Shown piece after piece: positions 10,986-20,963 of a stretch of DNA of 64,000 bases. A program made the translations under genes and the position numbers. Below the pieces are notes generated by a model that saw nothing but the letters and a program-made list of their open reading frames with translations, had not been told where the DNA came from and ran no database searches. Source of the stretch: Clostridium sp. 28_17 (GTDB lineage: Bacteria; Bacillota; Clostridia; TANB77; CAG-508); contig MNRS01000020.1 of the NCBI GenBank assembly GCA_001916065.1, positions 55,969 through 119,968 on the forward strand. The letters run 5' to 3'. Each line of letters begins with the position of its first letter. The first letter of the stretch is position 1.

Positions 10986-11301
10986 ATTGTTCTCCTTTTA
11001 TATGTACAAATTTTATAGCTACTAAATATATTATAAGCTTTTTTTAACCAAAAGTCAACATAATATGTGGTGTAAAAAATTTCTCTTACCACTAAAAACA
11101 TTATTGATATGAGATGAGCCAAATAACCAGGAATATTTAATTTGCCTCCTTATTTTCTGAAAAAAGCATCATAACCTACATATTTCTCATTCTGAAAATA
11201 ATAATTTGGTATTTTTATTTCATTGGAATTATATATAAACAAATAATAATAATAAAAGAGCCATTCTGTAAATCACAAAATAGCCCTTCGCTTAAAAATT
11301 A

Positions 11302-12243
11302 CTAAGAAACCTTCAATTCAAATACATATTGTAATACTCGTCTTTGATTTATAAATGTTTTTCTTGATATTTTCAAGAAATTAATTGGAATACCATACTT
11401 TTTAAAACTTTGGCTATTTTCTATTTTTTTAACCGCCATTTCATCTATGTCCTTTCTGTTTTCCTTATAATATTCCAACTTATCACATTTCCAATCAATA
11501 GCTAAATTTAAATCAATATAAATATAATCAAATGAGTTATTATCAATATTCTCTGGTTTTCTTATGAAAATTGGTTTTCCAACTTTAGTCACAAAATAGT
11601 CTATTTCCCTTAATGGTTCTTTTGAAGAAAATTCTGGATTAGCATAATATCTTTTTAAGTCTTCAATTGTATCCCCCTCTTCAAGCTTAGAATATGCCAT
11701 CTTTAAAAAAAGTAAATTCGTAAATCCCATATGTGTCAAATTGTAAATATAACCATCTGAATAATCTAATTTTCCGTCTATTGTAACTATTAGATTTATT
11801 GCATTTGATTTAATAATACAATTTTGATTTAATATTTCAATTTTGCCTTTATCATTAAAATAAACATATTTATTTTTTCTTCTTTTAACAACAAAATTAC
11901 TAAAATCCTGTATAGGATATACTTTTTTACGCATTATTTCATAATAATTGAGAAAGTATTGATACAACATTTCAATATTATCGCCTTCTTTAAGACAAAG
12001 TATTGCCCTAAAAACGCTTTTCTTCTTTTTTGTATCTGGTTCCACTATTTTACCGTTTTCATTAAAGAATATATTTGGCCATTCATAACTAAAAGACCAT
12101 GTATTTCTATCAAAAAAAAGGTTCTTAAAATTCTTTTTTTTTGCTTCTTTTGCAGTAAGAGAAGTATATTTTCCTTCTTCATTGAAAAAAAATACATTTC
12201 CGTCAAGCATCAAAAGTATCTCATCTTTTGCAATTTCTATCAT
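11302..12243 (-). CDS. Hypothetical protein. The ORF track extends it to 12285, but the likely start is ATG at 12243, preceded by GGAGGT.
   Basis: Long ORF with no recognisable domain. RBS ggaggtaacaaaATG. Confidence 0.5.
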   Translation of the reverse strand: MIEIAKDEILLMLDGNVFFFNEEGKYTSLTAKEAKKKNFKNLFFDRNTWSFSYEWPNIFFNENGKIVEPDTKKKKSVFRAILCLKEGDNIEMLYQYFLNYYEIMRKKVYPIQDFSNFVVKRRKNKYVYFNDKGKIEILNQNCIIKSNAINLIVTIDGKLDYSDGYIYNLTHMGFTNLLFLKMAYSKLEEGDTIEDLKRYYANPEFSSKEPLREIDYFVTKVGKPIFIRKPENIDNNSFDYIYIDLNLAIDWKCDKLEYYKENRKDIDEMAVKKIENSQSFKKYGIPINFLKISRKTFINQRRVLQYVFELKVS

Positions 12244-12387
12244 TTTGTTACCTCCTAAATTCTTTTGGAGGCATGAAACCTCCAAGTTTTTATCACTTTT
12301 TGGTTTCTAAGAAACATATAAAATATTGTATCAAATTATTTTTGAAATGTCAATTTATGTAAAACAATTTTATGTATAAATATATCA

Positions 12388-12425
12388 AAAAAATCCTCTT
12401 ACCACCCGACATTAGCGATAAGAGG
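12388..12425 (-). terminator. Rho-independent terminator downstream of the alcohol dehydrogenase gene.
   Basis: Minus-strand hairpin cctcttatcgc..gtggtaagagg followed by a U7 run (plus aaaaaaa at 12388-12394). Confidence 0.6.
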
Positions 12426-12441
12426 CAACTATCATTTCAAA

Positions 12442-13602
12442 TTACATTGCTCTTCTATATAATTCAATAAAATCTTCTTTGCTTACTTCTCTTGGATTAC
12501 CTGGTTTACAAGGATCTTCCATAGCTTTATCTGCAAGCATTTCGAAGTCTTCTTCTCTTGCTCCATAATCTTTAATAGTTTGAGTAATACCAACTGCTTT
12601 AGAAAGTTCACTAATCATCCATACAAATGTATTAATAACATCTTGGTCATTTAAGTATGCAGCATCTGGTCTACCTATTTCACATAAGATTTCTCTAAAT
12701 CTTTGTGCTGTTTCTGGACTTTCTCCATTAAATCTCATAACTGTTGGTAAAAGCATAGCATTTGCAATTCCATGTGGTGTATCATATACAGCGCCTAATT
12801 GATGTGCCATTGAGTGAACTATTCCAAGTCCTACATTACTAAATCCCATACCTGCAATATATTGAGCCATTCCCATCATTTCAACTGCTTTAGGGTCTTT
12901 ATCATTAACTGCTGCTGGTAAGTATTTGAATATTAATTTTATAGCCTTCATATGGAACATATCTGACATTTCGTTATGTGCTTTTGTAATATATCCTTCA
13001 ACTGCATGTGTTAAAGCATCCATTCCTGTTGCTGCAGCAAGTGATTTTGGCATTGATGCCATTAATTCTGAATCTACTATTGCTACAATTGGAATGTCAT
13101 TAGGGTCTACACATACCATTTTAATTTTTCTTTCTTCATCTGTTATAACATAGTTTATTGTAACTTCTGATGCTGTTCCTGCTGTTGTTGGTAATGCTAT
13201 CATTGGCATTCCTTTATTAACTGTATTTGATAATCCATTTAGAGATTTAATATCTGCTCTATCTGGGTTTGTCATTACAATTGAAATTCCTTTTGCAGTG
13301 TCCATGCTTGAACCACCACCAACTGCAACTATTACATCTGCTCCTGATTTTTTACATGCAGCAACTCCGTCTGTTACATTTTTAATTGTTGGGTTTGGTT
13401 TGATTTCGTCATATAGTGAGTATTCAATCCCTGCATCTGTTAATACTTTGTCAACTTTTGCAGTAACTCCTGCCTCTACTAATGGTTTATCTGTAACCAA
13501 AAATACTTTTTTGAATTTTCCTTTCTTAATTTCTTCTGCTAGTACCTCTCTTGCATTGTTTCCAAAATATGATGTTTCGTTTAAAACAAATCTTATTGCC
13601 AT
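12442..13602 (-). CDS. Iron-containing (group III) alcohol dehydrogenase.
   Basis: 386 aa with GGGSSMDTAK and HxxxH metal-binding motifs of the Fe-ADH family. Confidence 0.9.
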   Translation of the reverse strand: MAIRFVLNETSYFGNNAREVLAEEIKKGKFKKVFLVTDKPLVEAGVTAKVDKVLTDAGIEYSLYDEIKPNPTIKNVTDGVAACKKSGADVIVAVGGGSSMDTAKGISIVMTNPDRADIKSLNGLSNTVNKGMPMIALPTTAGTASEVTINYVITDEERKIKMVCVDPNDIPIVAIVDSELMASMPKSLAAATGMDALTHAVEGYITKAHNEMSDMFHMKAIKLIFKYLPAAVNDKDPKAVEMMGMAQYIAGMGFSNVGLGIVHSMAHQLGAVYDTPHGIANAMLLPTVMRFNGESPETAQRFREILCEIGRPDAAYLNDQDVINTFVWMISELSKAVGITQTIKDYGAREEDFEMLADKAMEDPCKPGNPREVSKEDFIELYRRAM

Positions 13603-13716
13603 TTTATATTCCTCCTTCGTAATTTTAATCTGATTTGATTATACCAATAATAATTTTTTTATACAATAGTTTTTACACAAATTTCACAATTATCTCAAAA
13701 TTGCATTTGTAATTCC

Positions 13717-14862
13717 TTAGTCTCCTAAATTAATTCCTACGCTTCTTGCTGTTTTTACCAAATCATCATCCATAGTAACTTTTCTTTGGTTACTTACAGT
13801 TGTATTTCCAGAAACAGCACCAATCTCTTTATTTTGACCAACAACGTCTTCTAATGATGCATAATCTATTTTTCCATTTTTAATAACAACTAAATTTCCA
13901 AATTTTTCTTCAATAGCCATTCTCATTGCAGCAGTACCGTATTTTGTTGATAAAACTCTATCAAATGCTGTTGGTGTTCCACCTCTTTGCATGTAACCAA
14001 GTGTTGTATTTCTAGCTTCTAATCCTGTTAATTCTTGCAATTGTTTTGCAACTTTTTCACCAACTCCACCAAGTTTTGTATTATCAACACCTTTACCATT
14101 ATCTCTTACATTTTCAACAGTAATTTCTCCATCTTTTGGCTTAGCTCCCTCTGCAACAACAACAATATCAAAATTTTTGCCTCTTTTTTTTCTATTTTTT
14201 ATTTTTTCTGCAACTTTATTTATATCATATGGTATCTCTGGAATTAATGCAACATCTGCACCACCTGCAATTGCTGATTCTAATGCTATCCATCCAGCAT
14301 ATCTTCCCATAACCTCCAATACCATAATTCTGTGATGTGTTTCACCAGTTGTATGAAGTCTATCAATTGCTTCCATTGCAACAGAAACTGCAGTATTATA
14401 TCCAAATGTAATTTCTGTACAAGCAACATCATTATCAATTGTTTTTGGAACTCCTATTACATTTACACCTTTTGTAGCAAAATCCCTAGCAGATTTTTGT
14501 GTTCCATCTCCACCTAGTGTAAAAATACAGTCAAATCCATCTTTTTTAATGTTTTCTACACATACATCAGACAAATCTTTGTATTCAACTGTTCCATTTT
14601 CATTTGTAACTTTATAATTGAATACATTTGCATTTGTTGAAGAACCTATTATTGAACCACCTTTTGGTAATATTCCTTCTGCATTTCCATCTTCTGCAGT
14701 GCTTAATCTTTCAAATTCATTTTTTAATAATCCATTATATCCATCTATAAATCCATAACATGCAACACCACTATTTTCTGCCGTTTTTACAATACCTCTT
14801 ATTACAGCATTAAAACCTGCTACATCTCCACCATTTGCTAATATTGCAACTTTTTTAATCAT
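13717..14862 (-). CDS. pfkA: 6-phosphofructokinase (PFK-A family, long form, possibly PPi-dependent). The likely start is ATG at 14862 (MIKKVAIL), preceded by GGAGGA. The ORF track extends it to 14877.
   Basis: NGGDVAGFNA, GGDGT and MGR motifs of phosphofructokinases. Confidence 0.8.
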   Translation of the reverse strand: MIKKVAILANGGDVAGFNAVIRGIVKTAENSGVACYGFIDGYNGLLKNEFERLSTAEDGNAEGILPKGGSIIGSSTNANVFNYKVTNENGTVEYKDLSDVCVENIKKDGFDCIFTLGGDGTQKSARDFATKGVNVIGVPKTIDNDVACTEITFGYNTAVSVAMEAIDRLHTTGETHHRIMVLEVMGRYAGWIALESAIAGGADVALIPEIPYDINKVAEKIKNRKKRGKNFDIVVVAEGAKPKDGEITVENVRDNGKGVDNTKLGGVGEKVAKQLQELTGLEARNTTLGYMQRGGTPTAFDRVLSTKYGTAAMRMAIEEKFGNLVVIKNGKIDYASLEDVVGQNKEIGAVSGNTTVSNQRKVTMDDDLVKTARSVGINLGD

Positions 14863-14888
14863 TTTAAATTCCTCCATTCAAATTTTTT

Positions 14889-15021
14889 CGGGATTGGGGG
14901 ACGGGTCTTCAATCCCGAAAAAATAATAATTTTAAAAATTAGGGATTGAAGACCCGTCCCCCAATCCCGAAAAAATAATAACTTTAAAAATTAGGGATTG
15001 AAGACCCGTCCCCTAATCCCG
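14889..15021. repeat. Cluster of three copies of a 27-bp GC-rich element: GGGATTGGGGGACGGGTCTTCAATCCC in one orientation at 14891-14917, and its exact reverse complement at 14942-14968 and 14995-15021 (1 mismatch). Copies are separated by near-identical 24-25-nt AT-rich spacers.
   Basis: Read directly from the sequence. Each copy is also an internal 7-bp stem-loop. The arrangement can fold into long hairpins followed by U-runs on the minus strand, so it probably acts as tandem terminators for the upstream DUF4116 gene. Confidence 0.8.
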
Positions 15022-15025
15022 TTTT

Positions 15026-15547
15026 TTATCCTAAAAGACTTTTTATTTCTTCATCTGCTTTTAATTCTTTTGTTAAAAACTGGTATGCTCTTTTGTCTTG
15101 TTTTACTGCAATTTCTGCAATTTCCTTATCATTTCTTAATCTATAACTTGCAAACTTTACAATTAAGCCTTTATTTGTAACCGCCGCTTTTACAACGTCT
15201 TTGTCGTCTCTTAATTTTTCACTTGCAAAATATAAAGTTTGTCCATATGTTTGAACACTTGCCATTATTACATCTTTATCTGCTCTTAACCTATCAGATG
15301 CATAACATGCAGTCCATGGTGCACCTTTTATTGCAAGTAACATCATATCTTTGTTGTCTTTTAATCTATCAGATACAAATTCCATTGCTTCGCCATCTTG
15401 TTCAAGTGCAGCCTTAACAACTTCTTCATCATCTTGAAATTCAGGTGCCGCAAATTCTAGAAGCTTTCCCTTGTCTTTTACCGCTTGAAGAACATATTCT
15501 CTATTATTACATTTTTTTTTCATTTCTGTTACATCTGGATCTTCCAT
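15026..15547 (-). CDS. DUF4116-repeat protein, with tandem ~35-aa repeats (...RLRxDKDVVxAAV...).
   Basis: 173 aa with an internal repeat periodicity (FVSDRLKDNKDMMLLAI / YASDRLRADKDVIMASV / FASEKLRDDKDVVKAAV / FASYRLRNDKEIAEIAV). Confidence 0.55.
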   Translation of the reverse strand: MEDPDVTEMKKKCNNREYVLQAVKDKGKLLEFAAPEFQDDEEVVKAALEQDGEAMEFVSDRLKDNKDMMLLAIKGAPWTACYASDRLRADKDVIMASVQTYGQTLYFASEKLRDDKDVVKAAVTNKGLIVKFASYRLRNDKEIAEIAVKQDKRAYQFLTKELKADEEIKSLLG

Positions 15548-15602
15548 TATCTTTACCCTTTCACTTATTTCATTAATTTATAACCTTCATTAACTCTGTC
15601 TA

Positions 15603-16268
15603 TTAATTTTTACATTTTGCAATTAATGCTTTAATCTTAATTCCCTGTTCTGAAAACATTTTCTCATGCTCTGTTTCTATATTATTTTCAAAAATTGGAT
15701 TTTTATGTAAATCATAAGTTTTGGCAACAACTTCAAAACCACTTTCTTCAAAATATATTAAACTTGAATTAAATAAATCATCATCATCTGTTTTAAAATA
15801 AACTTCTCCATTTTCTGCCAAAAATTGTTTATATTTTTCAAGTTGTCTTGTATGTGTAAGTCTTTTCTTTCTATGTTTTCCCTTTGGCCAAGGATTACAA
15901 AAGTTTATATATATTCTTTGAATATTATCTGTTTTGTCTAAAATCATTGGTATTCTTTCAATATCAAATCTTGTTAAAACAACATTGTCTGGTTCAATAT
16001 TTTTTTCTTGGTATACTTGTTCTACATTTCTTTTTGCTAGCCCAAGCATTGCATCAACTAAATCTATTGCTATATAGTTAATATCTAAATTACTTGATGC
16101 TAGATTTGATATAAATTGACCTTTTCCACATCCAAGTTCCAAATGTATTGGATTATTTGAATTTTTGAAAAATTCTTTCCATTTTCCTTTCCATTCTTCT
16201 GGGTTATCTATATAAAATTTACTTGCTTCTAATTCTGGTCTTGCCCATTTTTTGTATCTTATACGCAT
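15603..16268 (-). CDS. trmB: tRNA (guanine46-N7)-methyltransferase TrmB.
   Basis: 221 aa. SAM-binding [10 protein letters not shown]. TrmB-family length and motifs. Confidence 0.85.
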   Translation of the reverse strand: MRIRYKKWARPELEASKFYIDNPEEWKGKWKEFFKNSNNPIHLELGCGKGQFISNLASSNLDINYIAIDLVDAMLGLAKRNVEQVYQEKNIEPDNVVLTRFDIERIPMILDKTDNIQRIYINFCNPWPKGKHRKKRLTHTRQLEKYKQFLAENGEVYFKTDDDDLFNSSLIYFEESGFEVVAKTYDLHKNPIFENNIETEHEKMFSEQGIKIKALIAKCKN

Positions 16269-16508
16269 TTTAGTTTTCCTTCCTTAATGTTTTTATTAAT
16301 ATAATTATTTTTCCACTTTTATTTTAATTATCGTTTTTCATTTATCATTCCATAACAAATTATATACATATTTATAAAAAAAGTAAAGTAAAAATTTGTA
16401 TTTTTTGCACTTTCCTGTTACAATATTGTTACAATTCACAGTCCATAAAATTATTTTTTATATGCTGTGAATTGTAACACAATATTATATACTAAGAAGG
16501 AACAAAAA

Positions 16509-17384
16509 ATGGAAATAAATTATGAAATAAAAAATAACACACAAACAATAAACAGTACCTTACAAAATGAGCTAAAAATATCATCAAGGCTTTTATACAA
16601 ATTAATAAAATTAAATAAAATAGAACTTAATCACAAGCCTTGTGACACACGTAAAACAGGTACTTTCGGAGACACGATTACAATCAACTTTGATTATGAA
16701 GAAGATAATTCAAATATTATACCAACAAAAATGAATTTAAATATAATATTTGAAGATGACTGGCTTTTGGTTGTAAATAAACCTGCAGGAATTGCAATAC
16801 ATCCATCAGTTTTGCATTACTCCGATTCTTTGTGTAATGGTATAAAATTTTATTTTGACAAAATTGGTTTAAAGAAAAAAATAAGACCTGTTAATAGACT
16901 TGACCTAAACACATCAGGCTTAGTTGTATTTGCAAAATGTGAATATATTCAAGAATGTTTAATTAATCAAATGAAAAATAATCAATTTAAGAAAGAATAT
17001 TTAGCCGTTTGTAACGGATTTTTTGACAAAAAATCTGGTACAATTAATTTACCAATTGCAAGAAAAGAAAATAGTATTATTGAAAGATGCATTTCCGAAA
17101 ATGGTCAACCTGCCATAACTCATTATGAAGTTTTAAAAGAATTTGATAATTATTCTTTAGTTAAGTGTTCTTTAGAAACTGGTAGAACACATCAAATTAG
17201 AGTTCATATGTCTGCCATTGGTCATCCTTTGCTTGGTGATAGTTTATATGGTTCTATTTCTGATTTAATTAATAGACAGGCTTTACATTGCTTTAATTTG
17301 CAATTTATTCATCCTGTTTATAATAATGATTTGAATTTTTGGGGTGATTTACCTAATGATTTTAAAATTTTTGATATAAAATAA
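16509..17384 (+). CDS. RluA-family 23S rRNA/tRNA pseudouridine synthase. Start taken at ATG 16509, preceded by AAGGAA. The ORF track starts at 16467.
   Basis: S4-like N-terminus. Catalytic motif LLVVNKPAGIAIHPS and RLDLNTSGLVVFAK. Confidence 0.85.
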   Translation: MEINYEIKNNTQTINSTLQNELKISSRLLYKLIKLNKIELNHKPCDTRKTGTFGDTITINFDYEEDNSNIIPTKMNLNIIFEDDWLLVVNKPAGIAIHPSVLHYSDSLCNGIKFYFDKIGLKKKIRPVNRLDLNTSGLVVFAKCEYIQECLINQMKNNQFKKEYLAVCNGFFDKKSGTINLPIARKENSIIERCISENGQPAITHYEVLKEFDNYSLVKCSLETGRTHQIRVHMSAIGHPLLGDSLYGSISDLINRQALHCFNLQFIHPVYNNDLNFWGDLPNDFKIFDIK

Positions 17385-17389
17385 AAAAA

Positions 17390-17732
17390 GAGCAAATCTG
17401 TAAGCCGGGTTCTGTCTTTTAAAATAGTCATTTATCTAGGACATATATTGCTATATGCCTCAAGCCACGCAGTTCAAGAAGGCGTCGAGCAGACTTAATC
17501 TTCTTTGTTAGGTGTTGCTCCAGATGGGGTTTACACAGCATTCTATGTCACCATAGAACCGGTGAGCTCTTACCTCGCCTTTTCATCCTTACCCATACGG
17601 GCGGTTATTTTCTGTTGCACTTTCCTTATGGTTACCCACACTAGACGTTATCTAGCATCATTGCTCTATGGAGCCCGGACTTTCCTCTCGTAGTTCCTTT
17701 CGGAAGTTACCAGCGACCATTCAATTTACTCT
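17390..17732 (-). ncRNA. rnpB: RNase P RNA (bacterial rnpB, Firmicutes type B-like).
   Basis: The minus strand contains the universal GAGGAAAGTCCGGGCTCCATAG and ...ACAGAACCCGGCTTA motifs. The 5' and 3' ends can pair (P1). GC-rich relative to its surroundings. Followed by a U-run. Confidence 0.85.
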
Positions 17733-17744
17733 TTAAAAATTATA

Positions 17745-18695
17745 TCACACATTTTCTAATTCTTCCAGCAAATTTTTATATTTTATTAAAAAAATTTCTT
17801 TTTCTTTTAAATTAATAGCATTTTGAAGTTCTTCAATCATCATATATGCCTTATTAACATTATATTTACTAATATTTTGGTCATCATTTTTTCCTTTGCT
17901 TTTGCCTGTATCCTTATCATTTAAATCTTTCACATCCACACTTATTCTTGCAAAGTTTTGTGTAGCACTATTTATTGAGTCTGTCACACTTTCCCAGTCT
18001 TCATTATCCAAAATACTGTATGCTTTAAAAACATCATTTTTAGTTTTTATCACAATTACATCTTTTTTATGTGTAGAAAAATCATCTATAAATCCAGCCA
18101 AAAAGTTATACAATTCAGACAATTCTTTTAATGTTTCTTGTTTGTTTTCTTCCTTTACTGCTTTTACCAATTTATCATATTCGTTAGTAAATTTTGCAAT
18201 ATTTTCTTTATTATCAACTGTTTGATGTAAATCTACAGTTATTGAATATAATATTGTATATATTTTTTCTACATCATTTTTTATTTGATTCCAATTAGGT
18301 TCCGAATTTTGTGTAAGTATTCCTTCTTTTTTTAATTGATATTGTTTATTTTTAGTTTTTTCCTGTTCAGAAGATGAATCTTCTTTACCTGTTTCACTAC
18401 TGGAATTTTTTTCAGAGCTTCCTCCAGAACTTTGCCCTGATTTTTGTCCTAATTCCTGACTTGATTTCTTTTCTTCAATATCCGTAGCTAAAATTGTATA
18501 ATTTTCAAACTTTATATTATTAACCTCATTAAATAAATTTGTAAATTCTTTTTCTAAATATTTTATATCCGCAAAAGATTTTTCTTTTATATCATCATCT
18601 TGATTATTTTTAGCATACACTTTATAAATACAAAAAGAAAGTATAGCAATTATTAATATAAGTGCAATATATGCTAATTTTTTAAATTTTTTCAA
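17745..18695 (-). CDS. Hypothetical membrane-anchored, coiled-coil or low-complexity protein.
   Basis: 316-aa ORF with an N-terminal TM helix, a Ser/Glu-rich linker and K/E-rich repeats. rnpB begins 12 bp after its stop. Confidence 0.5.
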   Translation of the reverse strand: MKKFKKLAYIALILIIAILSFCIYKVYAKNNQDDDIKEKSFADIKYLEKEFTNLFNEVNNIKFENYTILATDIEEKKSSQELGQKSGQSSGGSSEKNSSSETGKEDSSSEQEKTKNKQYQLKKEGILTQNSEPNWNQIKNDVEKIYTILYSITVDLHQTVDNKENIAKFTNEYDKLVKAVKEENKQETLKELSELYNFLAGFIDDFSTHKKDVIVIKTKNDVFKAYSILDNEDWESVTDSINSATQNFARISVDVKDLNDKDTGKSKGKNDDQNISKYNVNKAYMMIEELQNAINLKEKEIFLIKYKNLLEELENV

Positions 18696-18839
18696 ATTAT
18701 TCCTCCTATTTAATTTTATCTTTTATTTTATTATGTACATTTTGATACAAACTATTCCAATTTTGGTTTTATGTATATTTTTTTCTTTTACGAATTATAC
18801 TAAAAGAAAGTACAATTATTTTTAGGATTGGAGAAAAGT

Positions 18840-19118
18840 ATGATTTCAGTAAATTTATATAGTAATAGTTCTAAAGAATTAGAAAAATTTTTAAGTTCTT
18901 TTTATAGTTCTTCTTTTAATTTAACAAATGTTTTATCATGGAAGCATTTATACGATAATCCTATAGAAATTGCTGATATTGTTGGTGTATATGCAGATAA
19001 TTTTAATGATTTTAAAATTATGATGTTGATTTGTTTGGATAAAGGTTTATATATTCATGTTACTAACGAAAATGCTGATAATTTAATAAAATATTTATTT
19101 GAAAGATATCCATATTAA
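18840..19118 (+). CDS. Hypothetical small protein.
   Basis: ORF with RBS GGAGAAAAG before ATG at 18840. The ORF track begins at 18828. Confidence 0.4.
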   Translation: MISVNLYSNSSKELEKFLSSFYSSSFNLTNVLSWKHLYDNPIEIADIVGVYADNFNDFKIMMLICLDKGLYIHVTNENADNLIKYLFERYPY

Positions 19119-19251
19119 AAAAAGAATTTCTAATAGTCACTTACTACAGAAATTCTTTTTTATATATTAGGAAAGCAATGCAACTTACCTAATATATAAA
19201 ATTACATTACTAAATCAATTATTAATTTTCTACATATTTTGTGCAAAATTA

Positions 19252-19806
19252 TTATTCATTTTCTTCACTTATATGTTCTACAGTTTTGTCTTCATCTAAT
19301 TTTGGGTCTGATTCTACTGTAACAGTTTTTTCTAAATTAGATTTTTCTTCATTAGACTCATTATTATTCTCACTGTTTCCGTCAAATGGATTTTTATTAT
19401 CTTCTATTATTTCAACTTCCTTGGCTGGTTCTTCTTTAATTTCTTCTTGTTTTGTTCCGCATTTTGGACAAAATTTTACATCTTTTTCTATTTCTGCAAA
19501 ACAGTTTGGACATTGTCTTTTATCTTTTAATTCAAGACACTGTTTTAAATTTGAATCAATTTCATCACTTAAAACATCTATTTTTGTACATTTTTCTTCA
19601 ATTTCCTTTGAAATATCATATTCACCATCTCTTGTGTGTTTTTGATAAACACACTCTCCTATTTCTTTGTATATATCATTTATTTGTGATTTTAATTCTG
19701 ATATTTTCATTCTTAATTTAGCCTCTTTTGCTAATTTTCCTGTTTTATCCGCTGTCACTTTGTATGCTTCACTTGCTTTTTTACCTAATTTATCAAAAAA
19801 TTCCAT
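19252..19806 (-). CDS. Zinc-ribbon domain protein. Start taken at MEFFDKLGK (19806), preceded by GGAGG. The ORF track starts at 19824.
   Basis: CPNC...CPKCG zinc-ribbon motif. Acidic C-terminal tail. Confidence 0.6.
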   Translation of the reverse strand: MEFFDKLGKKASEAYKVTADKTGKLAKEAKLRMKISELKSQINDIYKEIGECVYQKHTRDGEYDISKEIEEKCTKIDVLSDEIDSNLKQCLELKDKRQCPNCFAEIEKDVKFCPKCGTKQEEIKEEPAKEVEIIEDNKNPFDGNSENNNESNEEKSNLEKTVTVESDPKLDEDKTVEHISEENE

Positions 19807-19898
19807 TTTTATTCCTCCATTCAAATATATAAATATTATTTCAATTTTTTATAATTTTATTCATATTTTTATTATTGTGTTAATAATTTTTTAGAATT

Positions 19899-20879
19899 TT
19901 ATTCCATTTTTTTATCTCTTGTCATTAAGTCTTTAACAGCTTCTTGTGGATCAAGACTCTCATACAAAACTCTATAAACTGTCTCGACTATTGGCATTTC
20001 AATATTATGTAATTTTCCAAGTTCATATGCAACATCAATATTATCAATACTTTCAATTACCATTCCAACTTCTTTTTTAGTCTCCTCAAGTGATTTTCCT
20101 TGCCCTATTAAATATCCGGCTTTTCTATTTCTACTATGTTCACTTAAACAAGTTACTATCAAATCTCCAAGGCCACTTAAACCATAAAATGTTTCTTCTT
20201 TTCCACCAAGTTCAACACCTAAACGTACAATTTCTTTTAATCCTCTTGTTATTAATGCTGCAAAACTGTTGTCTCCTAGGCCAATTCCAGCTGCTGCCCC
20301 TGAGCAAAATGCAATTATATTTTTTAACGCTCCACCAAGTTCTACGCCTTTTACATCATTTGATGTATATATCCTCATTTTTTCTGACATAAATGCATCT
20401 TGTACCATTTTTAAAATATTTTGATGTTTTGATGCAATTACAAGTGCTGTTGGTATTGCTATAGAAACTTCTTCTGCATGACTTGGGCCTGATAATGCAC
20501 CAACTTTTGCTGTTGGCATTTCTTCTAAAATAACTTCGTCCAATGTTTCTAATGTTTCTTTTTCAAAACCTTTTGAACATATTATTATTGGTTTATTTCC
20601 AACATACTCTTTATATTGTTTAAATGTACTTCTTGTAAATTTTGATGGTGTAACATGTAAAATCATTTTACTATCTTTAATTACTTCTCCAAAATCGGTT
20701 GAACACATAATGTTCTCTGGTAATTCAACACCAGGCAAAAATTTGCATTTTCTTTCATTATTTATTAAGTCTCTTTCTTCTTCCATAAAAGACCATATCT
20801 TTACATTGTTACCTACATTTGCTAAATGTACTGCCAATGCAACTCCCCAACTTCCACTTCCTATTATTGCAATATTCAT
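19899..20879 (-). CDS. gpsA: NAD(P)H-dependent glycerol-3-phosphate dehydrogenase.
   Basis: 326 aa. N-terminal Rossmann IIGSGSWGVALA. GpsA-family conservation throughout. Confidence 0.95.
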   Translation of the reverse strand: MNIAIIGSGSWGVALAVHLANVGNNVKIWSFMEEERDLINNERKCKFLPGVELPENIMCSTDFGEVIKDSKMILHVTPSKFTRSTFKQYKEYVGNKPIIICSKGFEKETLETLDEVILEEMPTAKVGALSGPSHAEEVSIAIPTALVIASKHQNILKMVQDAFMSEKMRIYTSNDVKGVELGGALKNIIAFCSGAAAGIGLGDNSFAALITRGLKEIVRLGVELGGKEETFYGLSGLGDLIVTCLSEHSRNRKAGYLIGQGKSLEETKKEVGMVIESIDNIDVAYELGKLHNIEMPIVETVYRVLYESLDPQEAVKDLMTRDKKME

Positions 20880-20963
20880 AAATTTATATTACCTCCTTTA
20901 TCTTATGTGCCCTCAAATGGACATTTATTGTTATACAATTCGCTAATTATAAAATGTTACCAT

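Noticed and set aside
14889-15021. A possible CRISPR array (repeated GC-rich 27-mers with similar-length spacers).
   Set aside because: Only three copies. One is in inverted orientation. The spacers are near-identical rather than unique. No cas genes are nearby. Palindromic terminator or REP-like repeats fit better.
16417-16433. PhoP-type TT(A/T/C)ACA direct-repeat interpretation of the phased hexamers.
   Set aside because: The hexamer here is GTTACA/TGTAAC. It fits the WalR-type TGTWAH consensus exactly, but it misses the PhoP consensus at a conserved position.
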